DNA from: Bdellovibrionota bacterium FG-1
GTDB taxonomy: Bacteria; Bdellovibrionota; UBA1018
Length of the DNA: 16,136 bases
Reading direction: 5' to 3'
Assembly: GCA_051382295.1 (NCBI GenBank)
Contig: JBBCAW010000118.1
Location: forward strand, 1 to 16,136
A program made the position numbers and the translations under genes. Of the stretch, positions 7,295 to 13,786 are shown piece by piece. Position 1 is the stretch's first letter. Every line of letters starts with the position of its first letter. The notes under the pieces were generated by a model. The model saw only the letters and a program-made list of their open reading frames with translations. It was not told where the DNA came from and did no database searches.

Positions 7295-7756
7295 ATGAAA
7301 CGTGGTCGTCCAAAAGGTCGCTCTCGCGACAATCGTTCTTTCGGTCCGCTCGGGGATTTAATTCGTACGCATCGTCTTGCCAAAGGCCTCGGCCTTCTGG
7401 ATGTAGCGAAGGCCTGTGATTGCTCCGTGCAATTCGTCTCAAATATCGAACACGGCAGGGCTCCCCTACCGTGGGAAAAAGTGGGTGCTATGGCCACTGC
7501 TCTCAAAATCCCGGCTGAAGATCTGCAAGCGGCAAATCTTGCCATCCGTTCGGATTTTAAGAGCTTTGTCAGCAATACTCGCGGTCGCAAAACTACCTCT
7601 GCCGCCGTGCTGAGCAAGATGACAGGGACTGCTTCGGCAGTCGCTTTCGCTGCCAAAGATACTGGCCTGCGCGAAATCATTCAGAAGTATCAGTCGGCTT
7701 CGACTGAAAATCGTAAAAAGTTCGTTCGCTCTGCTCTGCAGCTTTTTACGCACTAA
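7295..7756 (+). CDS. Xre/HTH_3 transcriptional regulator with N-terminal AT-hook-like motif (153 aa)
   Basis: LGDLIRTHRLAKGLGLLDVAKACDCSVQFVSNIEHGRAPLP is an Xre HTH. MKRGRPKGR at the N-terminus. -10-like TAGCAT (7282-7287) lies 7 nt before ATG 7295. Confidence 0.88.
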   Translation: MKRGRPKGRSRDNRSFGPLGDLIRTHRLAKGLGLLDVAKACDCSVQFVSNIEHGRAPLPWEKVGAMATALKIPAEDLQAANLAIRSDFKSFVSNTRGRKTTSAAVLSKMTGTASAVAFAAKDTGLREIIQKYQSASTENRKKFVRSALQLFTH

Positions 7757-7758
7757 GT

Positions 7759-7781
7759 CATTAACGCTAAGCATTAACGCT
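7759..7781. repeat. Direct repeat CATTAACGCT x2 (13-bp period)
   Basis: Copies at 7759-7768 and 7772-7781, partial TTAAC at 7783-7787, between the Xre stop and its terminator. Confidence 0.55.
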
Positions 7782-7787
7782 TTTAAC

Positions 7788-7837
7788 ATTGCCGACTCAG
7801 GAGACTTTTAATCCTCCCGTGTCGGCAATTTTTTTTT
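7788..7837 (+). terminator. Rho-independent terminator of the Xre gene
   Basis: ATTGCCGAC (7788-7796)/GTCGGCAAT (7821-7829) stem with inner GGAG/CTCC pairing, followed by a T run to 7837. Confidence 0.85.
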
Positions 7838-8654
7838 AGAAGAGGTTAAAGGGTTTCCGCGCCTTTAAAGCGTCATCGATTGGAAACCGATCGAGCCACT
7901 TTTTACTCTCTTCTCTGATCTTATCGTAAGACCAGGTCGGATTTTCAGCCTTGAGCTTGATTGCCATATCCGAAAGATAAAGCCCTTCAACACTATCTTT
8001 CCAAATCCGACTCGGCGCGAAGGCCTTGAGCGGTCCCCAATCCGCATCAAAAAAATCGTATTCCGTATACCGAGTCCGAGCGGCACCGTCTTTCTCAAGC
8101 ACGATCACCCCATCGTTGCTTCTAATATGGCCGCGACCATCCTTAAGCTTGTAGCGGTAAACCTTTCGGTCCGGACGCGAATCATCGATAAGATACCAGA
8201 CCTCGTATTTTACATTCTTGATAAAAAACACCGGAATATGCTGCTCCCAGAACACCACCAGGCGGTTACCATCGCGGGCGGACACGTGCACGTCGTCGTA
8301 GTCCGGAAAAAGATCCTTATAGTGATCCATGTCATCCAACACCCCGCCGACCTTTTCCATGGGGGCATCGACAAACATCACTTGCTCAAGACCAATGTAA
8401 TATTTATTGCCGAGGGTCTCGATCGCCGCCATGCGCACGGGATTGGGATTGACCCCGCCATACTGAATGTCCTTCGGCGGCCACGACTGCAGCAGCTTGA
8501 GTAAAGCAGCGGTATAGCTGCTTTCCGGTCCTTCTAACTTGAAATCAATCCCATATTTCAAGCCCGGAACAGGCAACGGCGAGGGCTCGCCCGAAAAGCT
8601 GAACGTTGAAAATCCAAAAAACAAAAGCCACGACGCGATGCAAACTTTTCTCAT
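7836..8654 (-). CDS. Secreted START/SRPBCC (polyketide-cyclase-like) domain protein, putative lipid or hydrophobic-ligand binder (272 aa)
   Basis: Signal peptide MRKVCIASWLLFFGFSTFSFS. VDAPMEKVGGVLDDMDHYKDLFPDYDDVHV matches the SRPBCC N-terminal pattern, followed by a beta-meander and C-terminal helix. A start at 8654 avoids overlap with 8727+. Confidence 0.7.
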   Translation of the reverse strand: MRKVCIASWLLFFGFSTFSFSGEPSPLPVPGLKYGIDFKLEGPESSYTAALLKLLQSWPPKDIQYGGVNPNPVRMAAIETLGNKYYIGLEQVMFVDAPMEKVGGVLDDMDHYKDLFPDYDDVHVSARDGNRLVVFWEQHIPVFFIKNVKYEVWYLIDDSRPDRKVYRYKLKDGRGHIRSNDGVIVLEKDGAARTRYTEYDFFDADWGPLKAFAPSRIWKDSVEGLYLSDMAIKLKAENPTWSYDKIREESKKWLDRFPIDDALKARKPFNLF

Positions 8655-8726
8655 AGAGTAAAAATAGCATAACCAAAAAAAATTTTCTGCCAGACCCCAT
8701 CCCTGAGCTATGATCGGCTCATCCCT

Positions 8727-9845
8727 ATGGCGATTTTGATCGTTGACGACGAGCTCAGCACCCGAACCGCGCTCCGCGAGCTTCTTGCTCAAACCGGGTA
8801 TAAGACGATCTTTGAGGCCCGCCATGGCGAAGAGGCCCTCAAAATCGCCCTAGCCGAAAAAAACCGGCTCCGTCTGATGATTGCCGATTGGGAAATGCCC
8901 CAAATGGACGGCTTAGCGCTGCTGGATCAAGTGGCTCAGATCCCCGAACTTGACCTCACTCCCTTTCTCTTAATTACCTCGGACCTCCCTCGCGCCAAGC
9001 TTAAAGAGATCCAACAAAAAACCGATCGACTCGACGCCTTTCTCATCAAGCCGTTTCGGCTCAAGGCCTTAATTGCTGCCACCCACGCCGCTCAAACCCA
9101 CCGAGCCATCACTCGGAACACGATAGTAGTTTTTGAAGGCGAACGTCCTCTTTTAGAGCTGACGAACAGCGCACATCAGCTCGGCCGGATCCTAGTCACG
9201 ACTCAAACTGCCGAGCAATTCAGACAGGCACTGACAACGCACAGCCGGCGTTTAGGCGCCGTCATTATCAGGCCACACGCCTCCCTCACCGAAATACTCG
9301 CACCTTTTAGCCGAAGCCCGCTCGGCACCCAAACCCCCATTGTTTGCGCAAGCCTTAACCCCGAAGAAGTTTTCCCTGTTCGCCTTTATTGTCAGGCTTT
9401 TCTTCCCCCCGATGTTCCTTCATCGCGATGGGAGCAAACCCTGCGGATGCTCGAAACAAAAGCAGGAGCCTCTCTTGAGCTCGATCTTCTTTTTCAATCT
9501 CTGAAAGAGGCGCTTCAACGCAAAGCCACTGTCGAAGCACTCCAGCTGGCTCGATCAATCATCGACGTGGATTCGACCAATGCCGAGGCACACGCTACGA
9601 TCGGCGATTTGCTGGTGAGTCAAAACAATATCGTGCTAGCTGTACAGCACTACCAGCAGGCCATCCAAGCCAATCCTTGTTTACCACGCCCCTATATTGG
9701 ACTTTTGGCACTCACTCACCCCACCCTCCCTGAAGTGGCCGAAGCCGCGATTCGCTTTTGCCCCCATAATCAAGCCGTACTTTTTGCAGCGGCCTGCGCC
9801 CTCAAAAAGGCCGGTCATCAAACAAGACCGGCAGGATCGGCATGA
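8727..9845 (+). CDS. Response regulator: CheY-like receiver + degenerate middle domain + C-terminal TPR repeats
   Basis: ILIVDD, IADWEMPQMDG (phospho-Asp), LLITS, LIKPF. TPR pattern AEAHATIGDLL...AVQHYQQAIQANP. Confidence 0.88.
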   Translation: MAILIVDDELSTRTALRELLAQTGYKTIFEARHGEEALKIALAEKNRLRLMIADWEMPQMDGLALLDQVAQIPELDLTPFLLITSDLPRAKLKEIQQKTDRLDAFLIKPFRLKALIAATHAAQTHRAITRNTIVVFEGERPLLELTNSAHQLGRILVTTQTAEQFRQALTTHSRRLGAVIIRPHASLTEILAPFSRSPLGTQTPIVCASLNPEEVFPVRLYCQAFLPPDVPSSRWEQTLRMLETKAGASLELDLLFQSLKEALQRKATVEALQLARSIIDVDSTNAEAHATIGDLLVSQNNIVLAVQHYQQAIQANPCLPRPYIGLLALTHPTLPEVAEAAIRFCPHNQAVLFAAACALKKAGHQTRPAGSA

Positions 9846-11623
9846 TCGGAGCCATTGGCCCTTTTGCAGCCGCAGCGGCGCTGGGCACCGCCACCCACTG
9901 GGTTTTGCAAAACGCTTTACGATCCAATCGCTCAAAAAAAGCCGCCACCCAAAGGCGCAAACTATCGGCCGACGAAGCTCGACATTGGATCACTGAATTC
10001 GGCCGGAGCGCTAACTCGTTCATGACCCTCTACCCGGGCTTTGAATTTTTTACCCATCCTGACCCCTTAGTTCGCGGGATGATCGCTTTTTCCGAGCAGC
10101 CGCACGCCTGGGTCGGCGGCGCTGAACCGTTTTGCGCGCCCTCCGACCGCGAAAGACTCCTTCAAGCCTTTGCACAAGCCGCTGGGCAACTCGGAAAGAC
10201 CGCGATTCTTTTACCAGTGGACGAAAACCATGCGCAGTTCGCGACCCCACTCGGGTATCGCGCCTTCATGATTGGCACTGAACCCACGTTCGACCTCAAA
10301 CGGTACCCGCGAACCGGACGAACTTGGATCGATGTCGTTCCCACCGCCAAAGTACTGGCCTCCAAGGGCGCCAAAGTAACCGAAGTCACTTTGTCCGAAC
10401 TCGACCCCGCCGAACGCATCGAACTCGAAACGATCACCCAGGAGTGGCTGGCTTCGCGAAAAATGCCGGCATTGGGGTTTTTGAACCAGGTCGATCCGTG
10501 GTTTAGCCCGAAAGATAAGCGCTATTTCAAAATCGAAACGGGAGGCCGGGTCGTGGCATTCTTAGCCGCCATCCCGATCTGGGCCCGAAAGGGATGGTAT
10601 TTGATCGACCTTTTGCGCAAAAACGACTCCCCAGCCGGCTCAACCGAGCTTCTCCTGTTGCAAAGCATGCGGATCTTGAGCGAATCCGGCGCGCTCGAAG
10701 TCACCATGGGCGTAGCCCCCTTGTCGGGGCTGGAAAAAGCTCCACAAACCCTGATCACTCGATTTCTTCGCCTCATTTATGAGCACGGCAATACTTTTTA
10801 TCACTTCAAACCCCTCTATCAATACAAACTTAAATTCGATCCTTCATCCTATCCACCCATGTTCTTGATTTGCCATGGCCCCCTCGGAATTCGCGTATTA
10901 TTGAGCTTGGCGCGCGCCTTCATGCCCGCCGGAGTGACGCGGGCCACCGCATCGGGAGTCATTCGCGCAGTCATGAATTTCGATCTGGCGGAGTGGATCC
11001 GCAGTCAGATCAGTTCTTCCGTGATTGTCCGCTCAACCCAGCTCAGCTGGCGTCGCTTGCTTTATCGCTGTAAGTTCACTTCGTCGATGATCGCGCTGAA
11101 TCTTCTGATTTTTTCGCTTACGGTGAATGGGTCAGGCAAGATCATCCCTGAAATCGAGGCTCACTGGGGATTTTCTTGGAACACTTTTGTCGTTGATCCG
11201 TTCAAAGCCCTTGCGCTTTCTCCCCTTCTTCACTGGAATCCTTTTCACCTTTCCTTCAACCTCGTCGGATTAGTTTTTTTTACCGGTGGCCTTGAATACC
11301 TCGCCGGAAGCGCCCTCACCTTAATCGTCTATTTGCCCGCCATGTGGCTAGCTAATCCCATGACCAGCGCCCTTTTGGTGTTTGCGATCAAGCCCTGGTG
11401 GGGGGCCGTTAATCCGGCCGAAATTGATATTGGCACTTCGCTTGGAATTTTCGGCTGCGCGGGTGCGCTCACCGGCTTTTTGAAACGGGGCAAATGGGTT
11501 GCAGGAATTCTCGTGCTTTCCGTGATCTTCGACAGCATCACACGGTCCAGTTTCATGACCTTGAACCACTGCGTGGCGTTGAGCTTGGGCGTGATCTTAG
11601 CTCGCGGATGGCTTAAAGATTAA
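9842..11623 (+). CDS. Fusion of an MprF/LysX-type aminoacyl-phospholipid synthase domain (DUF2156) with a C-terminal rhomboid-like intramembrane protease domain
   Basis: Synthase motifs IGTEP, WYLIDLLRKNDSPAGSTELL, MGVAPLSG, FYHFKPLYQYKLKFDP. Rhomboid motifs LHWNPFHLSFN, DIGTSLG and LNH in a multi-TM C-terminus. ATGA-coupled to the regulator. Confidence 0.8.
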   Translation: MIGAIGPFAAAAALGTATHWVLQNALRSNRSKKAATQRRKLSADEARHWITEFGRSANSFMTLYPGFEFFTHPDPLVRGMIAFSEQPHAWVGGAEPFCAPSDRERLLQAFAQAAGQLGKTAILLPVDENHAQFATPLGYRAFMIGTEPTFDLKRYPRTGRTWIDVVPTAKVLASKGAKVTEVTLSELDPAERIELETITQEWLASRKMPALGFLNQVDPWFSPKDKRYFKIETGGRVVAFLAAIPIWARKGWYLIDLLRKNDSPAGSTELLLLQSMRILSESGALEVTMGVAPLSGLEKAPQTLITRFLRLIYEHGNTFYHFKPLYQYKLKFDPSSYPPMFLICHGPLGIRVLLSLARAFMPAGVTRATASGVIRAVMNFDLAEWIRSQISSSVIVRSTQLSWRRLLYRCKFTSSMIALNLLIFSLTVNGSGKIIPEIEAHWGFSWNTFVVDPFKALALSPLLHWNPFHLSFNLVGLVFFTGGLEYLAGSALTLIVYLPAMWLANPMTSALLVFAIKPWWGAVNPAEIDIGTSLGIFGCAGALTGFLKRGKWVAGILVLSVIFDSITRSSFMTLNHCVALSLGVILARGWLKD

Positions 11624-13764
11624 AAACCAATCTCCGTAAAAAAAATCGGCATAAAATTGAGCGCATGCCCACTGCCCGCTAAATTGGTTTCATTAAATCG
11701 ATACGCCGTCAAAAGCTCGTCGAATCTAACACCCAGACCAAACCCTTCGGACAATTGCCGTTTCAATTCAAGCCCCCCATACTGAGTGTATCGCCCAGAA
11801 GCCCCGGTAAACTGCGCACCGGCCCCAAAAAAAACGGACGCTTCAAAAGACCGACCCAGCAGCCGATGGTAACCACCCACAGCCCAACCCCCGAAAAAGG
11901 CAAAAACATCGGAAGAAAGCGTCTCGGCCCGTCGCCCCGCCGGATGAATAGGCAAATCAATATACGAAATTCGGACCCCCAGTTGGACCGAAAAATACTG
12001 ATGAGGAAGAAAAAATCGCCGCTCCATAAATGCGCCAAAAATCGTTTCATATTGAACCATCTGCGCTTGGTTCGTGCGATCAATAAAGTCCCCGCCCTCG
12101 GGTCGCGACCGCTCCTCTCGATACAAAATCTGTAGGCTATCATGCGAATCCAGTCGGTAGTCGTAGTTAAACTGAGCATCCGCCCAGTTCGTGTACCGGA
12201 TTCGCACGCTCGAAGGCGAATCCGATCGTTCGCCTAAAAAATCATAGCGATTGAAAGTGGGACCGTATCCAAACCGAAGATGACTTCGGTATTTACTATA
12301 CTCATCAAAAGGCAAATAGCTGTCATAACTGGTTTCGTTGCCTGGAATATTTTGTTCCGCCCGAATCGAAAAAGTATTGAACTCACTCAGCGCTCCGTGA
12401 TCACCTTCGGCATCTAAAGCGGCCACGCGCCAGTAGAAAAAACCAGCCGTTTCCGTATGCCAACTGAACGAATGGGTCTTCAGCACGCGCTCGGCCACGA
12501 GATGTAAAAATTCCTCGTCGCTAGCTATCTGCAAAGTATATCCAGCCGCTTTAGGTACCGCATCCCAATTGAGTTCAACCACATAACGACTGGGTGGAGT
12601 TGACTCCAAACCGGACTCGGCACCGTAAGCAGAAACCATCAGAGTTTCATCCATGGTTTGGATTCCACGGAACAGCCACCTCCGCCACCCCGCTTGAGCC
12701 AACCGGCCCCTCGAAGCTGGAAGTAAAGGGCGTTTCAAAGCCTTTTGGCTTTGTTTTTGATAGTGGACAAAGGGGGTGCTCAAAACCGGGGCCGTCAACT
12801 CAGCTGGCGGCGGCACGGCCGCCCCCACTTGTTCCACACGAGGCCTGCGCAAGACCGGGCGCGGTAGTGCCTTAAAGCGCACCTCAAAGCTCGACACCGC
12901 GCTATGAATCTCATGTCCATCGAGCAACCGACTCACACGCCAAAAATATTGACCTTTATGCTCCGCCAAAAAAATGACAGATCCTTCATTTTGCGTCATC
13001 TTATGAAAAACGATCTCACGAAAAGCAGGATCACGACTCACTTCAAGCACGGTCAGGCCTCCCGCTAAATCCGCGGAATTCCACTTCAGCGTGAAGGGCG
13101 TGGGACCCTCCACGACCGAGACGCCCTCGGGTCCCTTGAGCAAAGGTTGAATCGTCTTCGCCTCCTGAGGTCCTAGCTTCACCGGAGAAATCTCAATTCC
13201 AGTTTTCGGAATTTCAGTCACCCAAACTCGGTCTTTCTGCCCCTGTGTTCCCGTCACTTCGATCTTCGGGGCTTGACCTAAGCCCGAGCTCTCGATTTTG
13301 AAACCTGCGGTCCCCTGGGTCAGTACTTTTCGACCGCTCACCTCAATTTCAAGCGATGCCGTCGCGCCTTTGCTATCTAATCCTCCATGAACGAGACTCA
13401 AAACAGACGACCGAACCCCCGCCTGACTGGAGCTTTTTAAAACCAGGAACGAGTCGGGCTCCAGCGTGACCCTTTGACCTTCGGCAAACAAAAGATTGAC
13501 GCTTCCGTGAGCCATGGTCGCGATTTCGTCGCCTTCGTAGAGTTCCTGCCCCGGCTTGAGATCAAACCAATTCAATTGAAGGGGAGACCGAGCTTTCGCT
13601 CCCCCCAAAACAGATGCAACCTGGGCAACTCTTACCGCACCAGCCGGAACCCGCGGAGGTTTCCAAAAAAAATGAACATCCGAAACCAAAAACCAGGTCT
13701 CGACCCCGAGCAGGAGCAAAGCAAGCAACACAATTCGACGATCCACATATCTGACTGAGAACAC
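11620..13764 (-). CDS. N-terminal TM + FecR-like domain + two FN3/Ig-like domains + predicted C-terminal outer-membrane beta-barrel (714 aa)
   Basis: WFDLKPGQELYEGDEIAT...VTLEPDS (FecR-like). LKW...LEVSRDPAF...YFWRV and LNWDAVPKAAGYTLQIASDEEF...FYWRVAA (FN3-like). The last ~220 aa are amphipathic Gly/aromatic strands ending FTEIGF. GTG start. Confidence 0.8.
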   Translation of the reverse strand: MFSVRYVDRRIVLLALLLLGVETWFLVSDVHFFWKPPRVPAGAVRVAQVASVLGGAKARSPLQLNWFDLKPGQELYEGDEIATMAHGSVNLLFAEGQRVTLEPDSFLVLKSSSQAGVRSSVLSLVHGGLDSKGATASLEIEVSGRKVLTQGTAGFKIESSGLGQAPKIEVTGTQGQKDRVWVTEIPKTGIEISPVKLGPQEAKTIQPLLKGPEGVSVVEGPTPFTLKWNSADLAGGLTVLEVSRDPAFREIVFHKMTQNEGSVIFLAEHKGQYFWRVSRLLDGHEIHSAVSSFEVRFKALPRPVLRRPRVEQVGAAVPPPAELTAPVLSTPFVHYQKQSQKALKRPLLPASRGRLAQAGWRRWLFRGIQTMDETLMVSAYGAESGLESTPPSRYVVELNWDAVPKAAGYTLQIASDEEFLHLVAERVLKTHSFSWHTETAGFFYWRVAALDAEGDHGALSEFNTFSIRAEQNIPGNETSYDSYLPFDEYSKYRSHLRFGYGPTFNRYDFLGERSDSPSSVRIRYTNWADAQFNYDYRLDSHDSLQILYREERSRPEGGDFIDRTNQAQMVQYETIFGAFMERRFFLPHQYFSVQLGVRISYIDLPIHPAGRRAETLSSDVFAFFGGWAVGGYHRLLGRSFEASVFFGAGAQFTGASGRYTQYGGLELKRQLSEGFGLGVRFDELLTAYRFNETNLAGSGHALNFMPIFFTEIGF

Positions 13765-13768
13765 TTAA

Positions 13769-13781
13769 TGATAGTATATCA
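13769..13781. promoter_or_regulatory. Bidirectional promoter: overlapping extended -10 elements TGaTAGTAT (+) and TGaTATACT (-)
   Basis: Dyad TGATA-GTA-TATCA fills the centre of a 22-bp divergent intergenic gap. The -10s lie 9 nt and 8 nt from the two start codons. Confidence 0.65.
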
Positions 13782-13786
13782 AGGTC

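Noticed and set aside
7180..7680. 166-aa antisense ORF
   Set aside because: Shadow of the Xre gene on the opposite strand; no motifs.
8655..8825. Longer start (8825) for the START-like gene; likewise 3503, 4731, 4703, 7256 and 1322 for other genes
   Set aside because: These starts create head-to-head or long overlaps and displace signal peptides or SD/-10 elements. The shorter starts fit better.
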